DNA of 64,000 nucleotides from NCBI GenBank assembly GCA_026026165.1, contig JAPEUD010000026.1:1-64000 (forward strand), given 5' to 3'. A program made the translations under genes and the position numbers. Shown here piece after piece: positions 26,196 through 39,620 of the stretch; the stretch's first letter is position 1, and every line of letters begins with the position of its first letter. The DNA comes from Sarea resinae (lineage: Eukaryota). Below the pieces are notes generated by a model, which worked only from the letters and a program-made list of their open reading frames with translations, did not search any database and was not told the DNA's origin.

Positions 26196-27717
26196 TTAGA
26201 CAGCGGCACCTGAAATGAAGAACCACTTGTCGATGCTGGGGTCAATCGGGGCAGGCAGAAGGTGCTCGCCCTTGGGGATGGCCGGAAGCTTGCTGGCCTC
26301 GGTGCGGAAGGGAGAGTGAGAGACCGTGAGATTGGTGCTAAAGAAGGAATGTTAGTTTGATCAACGTCTCTCATCCATGATCAGCTTACTTCGAGATCTC
26401 GCCCGGTTGGGTCTTGCCAGTTATCAGTCGCTCCCAGGCCTCGGCGCATTCGCGGACAATGTCCATGGCGTACCTGAAGGAATACCGATTAGCACGACTG
26501 CTTCGATAAAGTTGCCTTGGGGGTAGGACTACTTCTTGTTCTTGCACTCTCCGGAGAAAGCGAATTGGTTCTCAGGCTTGCCATCGGGGATCTTGTAGAT
26601 GCGGAACCATTCGTTCGTGGCCCGGAGAAGACCCGGGAGATGCCTTTCGACATCCTCAATGTCGTTGAGCTTGGGGGCGAGTGGGTCGTTCACGTCAATG
26701 ACAATGATCTTCCAGTCAGTCTCCTCTTCGTCGAGCAGAGCCATAACACCGAGGACCTTGACCTGCTTGATGTCTCCAGGCTTGGCAACAAGCTCGCCAA
26801 TCTCGCAGACATCAAGTGGGTCGTTGTCCCCCTTGGCCTTGGTCTCGGGGTGGACGACGTTAGGGTCCTCCCAAGTCTACCCAGCGGTTAGCAAACTTCT
26901 AGCATAAGTGACCGATCACGGGCTCTTTACCTGAGGGAAGGCGCCGTAATTCCAGAGGTAGCCCTTGTGGGGAAAGCAGTTGCGGACGTAGCGAAGCTTG
27001 CCCTTCTTGATGTCTTGCTTGATGGGGTTGAGGAGCTCCTCCTTGGAGATCTATGCAAGTTCACGTCAGAAACTGGATCACGATGAAGGTAGTCCATAAA
27101 GCGGTGAACGCAAGACCCGAGTGATGATCATGAAGCGCCATTGAAAGTTGCTCTTCGTATTCCTGGACGTGCTTACCTCCATCTTGGCATTGCTCCATCT
27201 CGGGATCTCAACAATCATGTTCAGGATTGTCTGTTGCTCATTGGCGTAGAGGGGGATATCGTGCCATGGAGACATGGGCACGCCATCCTTCTCGACGAAG
27301 ACACGGTGCTCAAGCGTGTTAGGCTGAGCGATCTTCCTGGCGGTATAGCCAGTGGGTACTTTGGCGGCAGCCATGTGGAAGTTCGTCGATGATTGTGGAT
27401 GAGGAACTGAGGACGAGAGATGCCTAGCTACCAGCGCGGTGCGAGCTGAGATTTTGCTGGTCTCTGGCGTGGTGGGGGAGGGACCGTTAGTGGGGAAAGC
27501 CAGTGTCGCAGACGAGGTGGGCGGTGTTGGGCTTGGGCTTGAGAGTAGTAGAGGGAGGGGCGTGGGAGTGAATGTATGGATGTATTGATGCAAGGTAAGC
27601 TTGCAGGAGCCGATTGAATATGGCAGATGCAGACGCCGATTCTTAATGAGGAAGAGGATAAATGGAGGTGCTCTTACCGTGAACCGCGCGCAGGAACAAT
27701 GGCCGGCTGGAAATCAT
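26196..27717 (-). CDS. IPP1: Inorganic pyrophosphatase (family I); conserved ATG at 27374, upstream presequence exon 27717-27678
   Basis: Motifs [58 protein letters not shown] and [18 protein letters not shown]; ends [12 protein letters not shown]. Confidence 0.96.
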
Positions 27718-28059
27718 ACAGTTGAAACGCTTTTATATCACGGGGAGAAGAGGAGAAGGGCTCCGAACGGGGGCATTCAGAGGCCAAGAGGCAAAAGGAT
27801 GGATGGGAAGCAATCATAGGAGGATGAGCTGATGGGCGATTCGCCATGGAAGTATCCTCGATGGCTTCTCAAGTATCCCCGGGTACTCCGAGCCCCGAGA
27901 CGGGCAGCAACCTTCCGGAAATGGAGGGGTAACCATACCCAGCGCTACCCAAGCACTCTCAGAAGATACTTCGACACCTCCCTTAACGAGGATCCACAGT
28001 GACTTCCAGTGACCGCTGCTGCGAGTACGGGCCGAGGTACAGACAGAGACACTAGGAAG

Positions 28060-28126
28060 AATGGCAATGGCAGTGGCAGTGGCAGTGGCAGTGGCAATAA
28101 TGGCAATGACAGCGACAATGGCAATG
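28060..28126. repeat. Degenerate hexamer repeat (ARTGGC)n
   Basis: aatggc/agtggc units read directly. Confidence 0.8.
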
Positions 28127-28623
28127 GAACTCAGGGCAGTCTCCCTGATGATGTTGACAGTCGCGGTGGTCAGCGCCAGAAAGAGGAATAGACACCAGGA
28201 GAGTAGCGTATTCTAGTAGGCGGACTCGGCGGACATGCACTTTTGCAGATGATCGTCCAAAGCCGCAATATGAGGTTGCTTGGACACTAGATGATTTGGC
28301 AAGAAAGAGAGACCGAGCCTCCGTCGCATGCACCTGAATGGGCTCCTTGGTCGATGCTGATATCCCATCCAATCGCGCAGAAAAGACACTGCTTGATCAC
28401 CTTTGCTCTCCGATTACTTAGTCTCGATGCCTCATTTATCCGAAAGCGCTCCACTCCCGAGTAACCAAGTTGCCATTGTTGGATTCATGAAGAGGGGGGC
28501 ATAAACGCCTAAACATAAAGTTTCCCCAAAGAAGCACCGCCAACAACGAAGAAAGAACGCAAGAGTCATTCGCGAATAAACTACATTTGAAACCCCTGAG
28601 AGTCCCATTTTGTTTTGGCAACA

Positions 28624-29769
28624 TCATCTAGCAGCCGCGCCTCCAAACCTCAGCCGAAATCGTCTTCCTGCAAGTCCGGCCGCCAGAGCCGCCGAGCTCG
28701 TAGACGACGACGAAGACATGCCCGTTGAAGGGTCATTCTCATACGCCCACCACTGCGTCCTCAGCGTGTCAAGGAGGTGTAGATCCGTGACGATGGCCTC
28801 GCCGGAGTGGAAGACGTCGAGCGGGTGGTCGCGCAGACGACGGGACGAGCTATTTTCGGGTGTTTCGGAGAGGAGTTCATCTGTTATGCCACCGGTGCCT
28901 GGGGAGCTGGGCCGGGGGCTGATTGACGACGAGCGGAGAGGTTGGAGCTCGATATCTTCTGTGGCTGCGGTGGTAGCAGTGGTGGTGATGGGAGGGAGAC
29001 TGACACGATGGACGCCGCGCTCTTCGGCGTCATGGTCTTGATTTGGGTCGTTGTTGTTATTGCTTGGTGATGTCGAAGTTGCAGCAGACGTATTGGCGGT
29101 AGCAGGGCCAATGCGGGTGGTAACGTCGTTCACTTTCCGACGCTCGATAAAAGCAGCTAGCATGACGATTTGGAGGATCAAGACAAGGATATCAAAACTT
29201 GCTAATCGGAATTTTGAGATGGGGCCTTCCTGGCCGACAAAGTCCATGACGAGGCCGCCGTGCAGGTAGCCTCTTGTTGCTTCGCCGGCTTCGGGCCGGG
29301 CGAGGAAGATGTGCAGCAATAGACAGAGGACGTTAGAGCCGAGGATGGCGCCCGCATAGGGACGGTTGCGGGGCGGATCGGGGAAGATAGGGGGTTTAGG
29401 GGTGAGATAGAGGAACTGGATGAAGGCGCGGATGAAGAAGCGGAAGAGCGAGCAGCTTATGGTGGTTGTCCGAGTCAGAATTCGTGACGAGCGGATCATG
29501 GTCCAGAATCAAACTCACTCCATGTAATACAGCACAGACAGCTGGCAATAGATCAGAATATCGAAGTTACGCAACATATCATCGAGAAACTCGGTTCTTT
29601 TCTTGTTCTCGACCAGCCGCCGTGCTCTGCGACGCTGTCGACGCCATGAGACCGATGATGTTGTCGCCGAGCTACTAGCCTCGTGGTCGAGGGCGATGCC
29701 CTCAACGTCAGCGATCCGGTTGGCATCGTCGGACAGTGCTGGAATTGTCGTCGAGGGATCATCGTTCAT
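28624..29769 (-). CDS. DSC4: DUF1746 membrane protein (Dsc4-like subunit of the DSC E3 ligase), 2 exons
   Basis: LLRNFDILIYCQLSVLYYMD-type segment followed by CSLFRFFIRA; PEAGEATRGYLHGGLVMDFVGQ; QDHDAEERG. Confidence 0.82.
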
Positions 29770-30063
29770 GTCTTGGCTGCAGAGGAGAGGAACTCATATG
29801 GGTGCGAGAGAGGTATGGGCACGCCTCATGGCTTGGGATGTGCTGTCTCGGATATCGAGAGACGACCAGAGTAACGCAATCCAGAATGCTTTGATCTCGT
29901 TCTTGTGAAGTTTTGGATCAGGAAAGGGGCAGTGTTGAATGTTGAGGGGTATGCTGAGATATGAATTTGTATGCTTGCGGATGGCTGATGTTTGGCCTGG
30001 CTTGGCTGTTGCTCATATGGAGATCTCCGCAAAGATACATCCACCCATCATCACCGACCACTC

Positions 30064-30081
30064 AACGCGCCCTCGCGCGTC
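30064..30081. promoter_or_regulatory. MCB-like CGCG cores upstream of RFC2
   Basis: AACGCGC...CGCGCGTC about 170 nt before the ATG of a replication gene. Confidence 0.35.
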
Positions 30082-30240
30082 TTCCCAACTCAACGAGAAA
30101 TTACCCTGATACTGGACAACCGGAGATTCCTCCGTCCTCCACGCCCACCAAGTTCATCGACTTGTCGCTGAAGACTATACTGTGAACAGCCTGGCAATTG
30201 AGACGGACTCGAATTATTGACACTCATCGACTATCTGGCC

Positions 30241-31615
30241 ATGGCTAATTTCTTCGACAACAAGGCCAGAGCTGCCGCCGCCGCAGCAGGCGCGTCTTCG
30301 TCCAAGGCCCCACCTACGAAGGAGAACACACGACTCCAACCCTGGGTCGAGAAATAGTAAGGCATTTGATAGGCAACTAGATTTCCTTGATCACGAAGTA
30401 TACTCACCTTTGTTCAGCCGACCAAAAAGCCTCAATGATGTCGCCGCCCAAGACCATACCATCACCGTCCTCCAGCGGACCCTGCAGTCCTCCAACGTAC
30501 GAAGCTTCATCCCACCCACGCACAATCAATTGGAAACATACTCTGATATTTTCCCCTCTAGCTTCCCCACATGCTCTTCTACGGCCCCCCAGGCACAGGC
30601 AAAACTTCGACCGTCCTCGCCCTAGCCAAAGAACTCTACGGGCCCGAATTGATCAAAACTCGTGTGCTGGAGCTCAATGCCTCGGACGAGCGCGGCATCA
30701 GCATCGTACGCGAGAAAGTGAAGGACTTCGCACGCATGCAGCTTTCCAATGCCCCCTCACCAGCCTATAGATCCAAATACCCCTGTCCGCCTTACAAGAT
30801 CATCATCCTCGACGAGGCCGACTCGATGACGCAGGATGCGCAGAGCGCGCTGCGTCGCACCATGGAGACGTATAGCAAGATCACTCGCTTCTGTCTCATC
30901 TGCAATTATGTTACGCGCATTATCGATCCGCTGGCTAGTCGGTGTAGTAAATTTCGGTTCAAGAGCCTGGATCAGGGGAATGCGAAGAAGAGATTAGAGG
31001 AGATTGCGGCGAATGAGGGCGTCCGTATGGAAGATGGCGTCGTCGATGCGCTTATTAAGAGCAGTGAGGGCGATTTGCGGAAAGCTATCACTTTCCTGCA
31101 GAGCGCGGCGAGGTTGGCAGGGGCTGCCAAAGCCGCCAAACCCGTTGCTGCTTCTGCGGATGCCGACGCAATGGATGTGGATGTAGACGGCAGCGATGAC
31201 AGCGGTATCGTTACGGTTCGCAGTATCGAGGAAATTGCCGGTGTCATCCCCGACGATACGATCGATCGCCTCACGGCCGCAATGCAGCCACGCTCGAAAG
31301 GCAGCGTGTACGATACCATTGCGCGCGTGGTCACAGATATGGTTGCAGACGGATGGAGCGCTACGCAAGTCGTGACTCAAGTATGCATTCTTTTTCCTCC
31401 CCATGCTCTCCATAGCTAGCTAGCTGACCACCCACACCCACCTACAGCTCTACGCAACAGCCGTCTTCTCCGAGATTATACCCGACAGACAAAAGAACAA
31501 GATCCTCCTCGTCTTCTCCGAGACGGACAAACGCCTCGTCGATGGCGCGGACGAACATCTCACTATCTTGGATCTGGCACTCAGAATCGCGGGAATTCTG
31601 GCCGAGACATCATGA
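30241..31615 (+). CDS. RFC2: Replication factor C small subunit (yeast Rfc2 / human RFC4), 4 exons
   Basis: [74 protein letters not shown] and [12 protein letters not shown]. Confidence 0.95.
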
Positions 31616-32111
31616 CTGTCGGAGTTACGGTGAGGTTGTTAGCATTCGTCGGTGTGCACAATAAAAAGGAAAAGACATGGTTGTGATTTGTGGCGTATGA
31701 AAATATGATGCTTTGGCGCGCTTCTTGAGGGATAGCAGGTGCATTGGCCGGTGTCAAGGAGTAATTTCTCATAGTCTATGGCTTGTGACATCGTTGTCCG
31801 ATATGCTTATTACATGTAGCACTGATGCAGTATATATGAGAATATTTGATTTGCATCAAGGCCCGTACGAAATAGAGCAAGTGCATCCGCAAGACACAGA
31901 CCCGGTAAATAGGGATTTGTCACAATCGCAGCATGTCGACATGGGTCACGGAGCGGGGAGAAACTACCCAGTGGGTAGGATAGAAAAGTCCATATGGACG
32001 CTATGTTCATGAACACTCGACATAGTCGGCCATCTGAAAACCTAAAATGCCAACGGTCTTCCACCATCGATCTAATTTCCATAGCTTGCGAGGAACCAAA
32101 AAAGTAATCTA

Positions 32112-34926
32112 TCATTTCCTCGCCCCTTTCCGCAGCCGTTTCTCGCGCTCGTACGCATTCGCCTCTCTGCCCTCCTCGCCCTGGATCTCGGCCACAAGCC
32201 TGCGGTACTTCTTCTCGTACTCGGCATCGCGCTCCTTCTTCTCGCGCAGCGACTCGCGGGCGACGAAATTGGCATCCTTGCGCAGCTCGCGCAGCGCGCC
32301 CTTCTTCTCGCGCTTGTGCTCGGCGCGCAACTTGGCGGTCTCGGCCCGCTCGCGGTCGGGGTCGTAGTGTTTGCTCGGCTGGTAGGATTCCTCGAACTTG
32401 GGGATCGAGGTTTTGATGGCGAGCGGGCGGTGGTGGTGGAGGGTCAGGGGGCGAAGGCCGGTGCGGGCGTGGATCAGCAGGCGGGAGAGCGTTTGTTTTG
32501 ATTTAGAGAGGAGGCCGACGGTTGGTTTTGGCAGTGAAGGCGACTTTTGGATATGTGTGAGAAGGGCGAGGAAGGGCGTGAAGGTTGGAATGAATGCTGG
32601 TTTGCCTGTCCAGAGAATGGCGGCCGTGGTGAGGAGCGACACGTTCGTATCTATGAGCGTAAGCTTCCGTTGCTGTTCTTCCTGTTCGCTGAGGTCTTGC
32701 TGGGAAATAAAATCCCAGAATCGCAAAGGGCGCGGAGTGCTGGAGGAACTGGGCTGAATGCGCAATGATTCGGCCGGTTCATGATAAGGGAATGCCCCTG
32801 GAATCGACTGCGGTTTGGTGGGCGCGAGAATCGCCAAGGCGTTGAGACTATAGTTCATCACCTCAGGGACATAGCGTTTCGACAGGCGTTGGTAATGAAG
32901 ACACAGCGTCACCATGTAGGCGCCTGTTGCCAGGTCACTAGTGGTCTGTGGGAGCTTCTGGCCCAGGTAGCGAGTCATACTCAGAGTGGCTGGCGTGACA
33001 ACTGAATGGAAATGATCCGAGGTGGAGAATATGGACCCAATAGCGGTAAGAATGATCAGGTCTCCCGCCGTGGGTGCTGTATGTCTGTTGTCTTGAAAGT
33101 CTTTCAGATGAGTGCGGAAAGATCTGCCAACCTCCACTGGGTATGTCTTCGCGAGCGAATGTATGTGACGGATGAGTGTCTCGAGGACGGAGAAGGATGG
33201 GTGAGATGGCTGATTTGCTAGGTAGACAATGTGGTCTATCAGCACGGTGGAGAAAACACCGAGCCTTTCCTTGTTCTCGCTCTGTAATTTTGGGTGGTAA
33301 AGGGCACGTATTCGTCGGACCACGGTAGGAAGGTCGTCTATTGAGATGCCCTTTGTAATCTGGAGCAGCTCTTCGTGATTTTGAGGGCAAGGATATGTGT
33401 AGGCTAGAGAGCTACTCGTATCTTTCGTAGCAGGCTCATCTTTGCCTATCGTTAAGGCGAGACCGAATTCAGGTTTAGAGGCTTCTTCTTTTGACAGAAG
33501 ACCACCAACGAATTCATCGTCATCCTCCTCGTCGCTGGCTCCGGCCTCGGCATCGGAGCTGACGTCGCCCCCATCACTGTCAGACGAGTCTACGTCTGAT
33601 CCACTGGCAACGAGATTTCCATCTATAACGAAATCGTCCTCGTCTTCGACATCGAGTGGAAGTTTATTGGCGTCGCCAGGTATTCCAGGGCCCAGTCCAA
33701 AAGCAGCAGCATCATCAGGTTCGAAATCATCATCTCCTTCCAAGTCCCTGGGAGCCTCTTCAGGCTCCCCGTCGCTGCTCTCTTCTTCACCTCTCATCCT
33801 TCGTAGTCTTTTCTCTTCGAGTTCCCGCAAACGCTTGGCTTCTTCCTCCAGCTTCTCATCTTCAGTCTTGGTGCGGTTCGTTGGCTGAGATCGCTTATCA
33901 AATGCCATCTGCCGCACCCTCTCATCGTACTCTTTCTCTGCCTGTGTTCTGTCCGTATCCAATAACGCCGCCCGATCAGGATTCATGCCTGCTTGTATAT
34001 CTTCGGAAGCGATGGGGGCAAGCGGAGGTGGAGGAGGTCGCGCGTTTCCTCTCATCAAAGCTAACAATTCCGGCAGATCTTTATCCAGCTCTTCTCGAAC
34101 CTCGTCATCCTCCTCGCGAGCCTGCTGGCGTTCATACTTGTGGAATTTCGACTTGGCAATGACTTCCTTCATAACTTCCGCCTTTGACTTCTTGCGCTCG
34201 GGCTCTTCACCTTCTCCAGGAGCCTCGCCATCTGGGCCTTCCGAGGCGGAGGAGCGCCGCCGCTTGCGCATATCTCTCTCTTCTGACAGATGATCCCCCT
34301 CATCCGAGACGCCCAGATCTCCTTCATCGAAATCGTCAACCGGATTATCATCAAAGGTCAACGACTGCCCGAAATGGGTAAGCTGGCCGCCCTCCTCGTC
34401 ATCCTCGAGATCGAACAAGGAGCCCTTCTTGAATCTGGCCTGTTTCTCCCGCGTGAATCGCTCCAACATCTTCTCCTCGGGCGTCATGGTTGGATCGTTC
34501 TCTCCGAAACGGCGATCATTGACTCCTCCTACTTTATTGCGACGTTGCATCTCCACCAGTAGCGTCCTTCTCCTCTGCGAAACCAAACGCATCAGCATAG
34601 CTTCGAGGGGAACGAGAGGAAGATCATGGGGGGCTTACATTTTCTTCGCCCAATGCCTTCGTCACACCCGGCCTCGCCGTAATGCCTTTTGACTTGGGCG
34701 CATTCGCCTTTGTGACCTCAAACTTAGGCCCCCTCGCAGGCGCCTTGACCTCGAAGGGATTAAATTGTTCCCTGATACCCTTGAGGGCGGCATCGCGCTG
34801 AATTCTCTTCTCCTTGGTTGCGCCGCTTGCGTTGTTCTTTTTCTTCTGCTTCTTGGACTGCTGCGGGCCAACGATGCCCTGATCCCGCAGCGACTCCTTC
34901 AAGCGCTTCAGCTGTGATGGAGGCAT
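32112..34926 (-). CDS. NOP14: Nucleolar protein Nop14 (40S biogenesis), 2 exons
   Basis: MPPSQLKRLK; NKVGGVNDRRFGENDPTMTPEEKMLERF; KKSKAEVMKEVIAKSK; HKREKKGALRELRKDANF. Confidence 0.94.
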
Positions 34927-35197
34927 GACGGGCAGCAGGCCGAGGTGGGAGATCTTAGGGTTGGAGATGCAGAGATGCAGCAGATTGTTTCCTCGATCAC
35001 GAACTTTTTGGCGACTTGGACGTGCAGGGAAGGGGAAACGCAAGCGAATCACTGACCGCCTTCGTCAATGCATAACTCGGTAGAAATACTGCCAAAGATA
35101 AGTACGGAGTTACGTACCTGACGGTCGCCCTCCATTGCTCCATGGCCAACTATTCTCATTCTCCATCATCGGACCCCATCAACCCTCATCCTTCATC

Positions 35198-36558
35198 ATG
35201 GCTGGCCATGGCTTCGACGATGCCTGGCTCTGGATTGGACTAGGTCAGTTCAACCTGCTGGTGTCCAACTCTCAATTAACCGTTGCAAGGCCTGTTCTCC
35301 TTCATCGCACTACGAACAGTCAACCGTCAACTCCATGAGGTCAGGCGCATCACCGAAGTCAGCAGCGATGAGAAGCAGCCCCAAGTGGTCTGCCAAGAGA
35401 CGGAAGATGGTGAGAGCAGATGTTCTTGAAGCTTCGTCATATAACTTCGCCATTTCTAACTTTCGAAACACACTATAGCACTCAAGCTTGATACGCTCCA
35501 GAAGTTGGCCGAGGGAGCAAACTACGACTTGCGTGGAGCGTAAGGACCCTCCTCCTTCCTCGTCAGAGACGATCTCTCTGACTCGATCAAATAGAGCTTT
35601 GAAGATTATATGCGAGCGCTCGAGCAAAGGTCCAACCTACGATCTACTGCTCGAAGACCTGGCCGGCCAGAACCCACGCCTGCGAGACAGAGCCCTAACC
35701 GCCTTACGCTTTCTTTGTGGCAGTCGTACGTACATCCAACTATCTATCCATCTACGCATATCTCCCGTCTCCCAGATTCACCGTCTGACAAAACACTCAT
35801 CATACATAGCCGCCAGCCACAGAGTCTCCGTCCAGTCCACATATACAGCCCTGATAACCTGCCTCGCCAACCTCCTCCCCCACCCGGCCCCAAGCAGTAC
35901 ACACCCGCGACCACCCTCAGAACGCAGCGCACTAATAATTCTGGTCCGTCTTCTTCCCTACAACACCAATGATGCCATCGCCGCTGGTCTGGTCAAGCGC
36001 TGGCTAGCGAAATACCCGTTCGGCGCAACCGAGGCCCAGCGCCGCGCCACCATCCGCCAGTTGAAAACCTACAATTCGGACGACGTGCTCATGTCTGAGG
36101 TGGTGTGCATGCTGGACAACAATCCAGAGGGACGCAAGCAGATGCGACAAGCGGGGTTGACGGGGTCGGCGATGGGCGAGCGCGACGATGATGATTGCTT
36201 AGATACGTTGATGGTGGGTGGGGATGATACGGCGGGTAGGAGTAGTGGTATGGGAAGACGGCTGAGAGAGGAAAGCGTCGAGGAGCAAGCCTTGAGGCGA
36301 CGCAGAAGGGAGGCTATGGTTTTCAGCGAGGGTGGGAGACCGCTTGGACGGAACGACATCATCCAGAGGGACGAGGGGGTCAGGGACGAGGAGGTGGAGC
36401 GCGAATTGGAGCAGTTGATTGACGAGGTCAGGAGGGAAGAGGAGGATGCCGAGACGAGTCTGCATGGTCCGTCAGATCAGGCCGGTCTGCCTGTTCGACG
36501 AACAACAGGCTGGGCGGCATGGCGCCCCTGGCCACTGAGATCACGACAAGCTGGATGA
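35198..36558 (+). CDS. Fungal protein of unknown function with an N-terminal hydrophobic anchor, about 5 exons
   Basis: Spliced frame MAGHGFDDAWLWIGLGLFSFIALRT...QETEDALKLDTLQKLAEGANYDLRGAALKIICER...WLAKYPFG...EESVEEQALRRRRREAMV. The GT-AG introns join in frame. Confidence 0.72.
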
Positions 36559-36744
36559 TGAATATGGTGTTGGTGATGGCCATGACGCTCCAGCATCAAT
36601 GTTTCCGATTTCTTATGAAGGCCCATAACGGCTTGTACTTTACACGATCTCCAGGCATTTCACGCATGGCGCAGGACGATGAACAAGGCAATTACGAAGC
36701 AATGTTACGATTCCTCCATGACATCTCCGATGTCATTAAAATAA

Positions 36745-39393
36745 CTAGAGTCCCTTCCAAGCGAGCTTTGCCAGATGATCCGTCTTCTTACGGCTCTGCT
36801 TCACCATGCCCATGTACTTTAGTTCGGCCAAGGACCGGTAAAACAATGCCCTGTTCAATCACCAAGGTCAGCATGTGAGATATGACCAGAATCGAAATCA
36901 GAAGGGAAAGTGGTGAAAGTAGAGCGAATAAGAAAAAGAAAAAAGATTCGAGGCTTACAACGCAGTCCGTTCGTCGTGGCCTCCCTCCTCCTCTCCGCCA
37001 ACGATAGCATGGAAGGCAGACCAGAGGTCCGTAACGTTGATCAACGCCCCGGACTCCAGATAAAGTTGATATAAGATAGCAGTCGCAGGCTGGCTTGGCG
37101 AAAGCGCCCCGCCACCCTCAACGGATGAGGCACAGCAATTGCAGGCCAGATAGTCGTGCGGGGCAGACAAGGCGCGCTCGATAGCGAAGCGGGGTTTTGG
37201 GGTGAAGACGTCGCGATGGGGGGACTTGAGATCGTAGAAGAGGATCTCGTACCCGAAAAGCGTGCGCGGGTCCAGGAGCGCCGTGTCGAAATAGGCGGTC
37301 AGCGTGTCGTGGAGTCTGGTGATGAGCGAAGAGTATGTGGCGTCTTGCGCCGAGAGGCCTTGTTTTTGTTTGCTGAGTTCGACTTTTTGCGCGACGATTG
37401 TAGTGCGGAGTGTTTCGTGGCGGATGTCGTGAGAGCTGCGGAGGGGAGAGTCCTTGTTGGACGAAGATGAGAGGAGCACGATGAGATCGTTGTGGATTTT
37501 GGTGAGAGACTGTTTCAGAGAGATGGTTTCTTTGAGAGACCGGATTGCGCTTTCGAGTAGCGCGCTCAGGATATCCGAGGGCGATTTTTTCAAAGATAAA
37601 AGGAGTTCCCTGAGTAGGGCGGAGCCATGAAGTTGTCCGGATACAGCTTTTACGTAGATATCCGAGCGGAGATTGTTCACTTTTCCGGGCAGAGCTGAGC
37701 GCATTGCTTCTATGAGAGAGATAGCATCCAGAATACGACATGTCTTGTCGCGAGATACACTTAAATGTTCCGTGATCGAGAAGTAAAGGACTCGATTGTC
37801 CTCCAGCAGACGCCGGACCGTTGCTGTCTCGCCCTCATTCAACAAACCCTCCACGAAGCTATATTGCACGAATGTTAGATTCGTTGTCTTTGCATGGTCT
37901 GAATGCCACATAACCCACTATCGGAAGGAGGGAAGATTGCGCATCGCCTCAAAGTGCTTCTCTTGCAATCTACCCATTGTAATTCCTTCAGAGAGGAGAA
38001 CGGCCAAAGGATTGGCGTAGAGATGGGACATATAAGCGTACTGTGGGGTTTTATCAATACCTCCATATTAACGCATGTATAAATTTCCGCTTACTTTGAG
38101 GGCACTTGTAAATGCTTGGACACTCTGAATATGGTCTCTCTGTCTCTCAAGAAGCAGCCCACTCAGAGAAGGCCCCAGGAATATCGGACTCTCGGCATTA
38201 GTGGCAGCGTTGAAGACTAGCTCTAGAGATTCTTCCGCTCGCAGGACGTCAATTTTCTCCCCCTGCATGGATCTGATCGCTACCCGAGGTAGATTCTCGT
38301 GGAAAATTTCGACAGACGTGGCGACCCCGAAGAGGAGAATGAAGGGGATGCGGTCCAACCACGACCTGAGAATTGTTAAAGACTTCGAGGCTGCAGGGCG
38401 CAAATACGGACCTGAGAAGTGACACTAAGTCCGCAAGAAGACCGCCATCGAACGCTTCGCTATCCTGGAATGCAATTATCACCTTTTCTATCCCCTGCAC
38501 TTTCACATGGTCTGCGAGGATCTGGAGATCGTAATTCAGCAATTTCGGACCCTTCACTTTGTTAGCTGACGCCGGTCTTCAGAGGGAGAAGTCCATCCAG
38601 ACCCTTTGATTGGTTTGGTTTAATTCATCTTCAGTCTCCTCTGTAAGCTGGTTGGTAGCACTTCTGATGAGATTCTTGAGAATTGTTTTCAAGTTCGAAG
38701 CTTGGCCGGACGTAATGGTCACAATAGGCGCCCCACTCTCTTCTCTTATCCGCCTCGATATCTGACTGAACAGCATTCCATGCGATGCAATGCTAGGACC
38801 GGCGACGATGAGACCGGTAGGTATTTTACCACCATATCTGTTGTTCGAGCGTTCAGTGAGTGGATTAATGCATGTAAAGGTGACGGAGAGGAATACTTCT
38901 TGGGCGATGCGTCGCCGATGAAAGAAGCGACTCCATTCAAGGTCGTCGCATTTACGTCACTGAGGACTTTCTAAAATCGATCTGAGCGCCTTTCCGGCTG
39001 AAATCCCACTAATTAACTCACGTTAATCCTCGTCTCTTGCCGGGCCCAGAGCTGTTTGTAGGCCTCGTAGCGAAGCTGTGCGCACTCTGAGGATTCTGTG
39101 CCCAGGAGAAGATGTTGAAAACATGATGGCGCCTCCAGTGGGGCCGTCTCTTCGTCCGCGACTATCTTCTTGGAGACTTTGCGTCTTTTCGAGGGCCTTG
39201 CTCTGGGTCCATGGGGATCAGCGTTAGGCGTAAATACATAGCAAGCCTAGGGTACCGCTGGTCAGTATCGGGGAAACGAAATAGCAATGCTTGCTCGGAG
39301 CCTTACTCGGTGATCTAGCTCATCGATTTCGTCATCCAAATAGCCGTCGCTTTGTTGTGAGGCTGCAAATGAGAAATCCCCGTTCGCAGACAT
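36745..39393 (-). CDS. ORC3: Origin recognition complex subunit 3, about 8 exons
   Basis: KIPTGLIVAGPS, KLLNYDLQIL, SWLDRIPFILLFGVATSVEIF, ALKYAYMSHLYANPL, PRFAIERALSAPHDYL, LYQLYLESGALIN and RSLAELKYMGMVKQSRKKTDHL. Confidence 0.93.
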
Positions 39394-39431
39394 GGCTCGC
39401 TGCATTAAGCCATCCAAGTTGACCTGGGGTA

Positions 39432-39437
39432 ACGCGT
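39432..39437. promoter_or_regulatory. MCB element in the ORC3/PPR divergent spacer
   Basis: Perfect ACGCGT about 40 nt upstream of the ORC3 ATG. Confidence 0.35.
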
Positions 39438-39620
39438 AGAGTGGTGGCCGAGGCGCCTCGGGCGTCTCACTCGCCTAGTATGATGATTACGCTAAGCCGG
39501 AAGGAGTAATTTACTGAAATTCTGCAGAGGCATCATCGCGAAGTCAATCTGCAAAGCTCTCTCGGATTTTTACCTGGAAGACTGTTCGACTCTCACCATC
39601 CTTCCCTCTCCCTCTCATCC

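Noticed and set aside
26150..26210. Cryptic intron or readthrough at the IPP1 3' end giving a PTS1
   Set aside because: The stop is TAA, and none of the spliced or readthrough frames I translated ends in an SKL-like motif.
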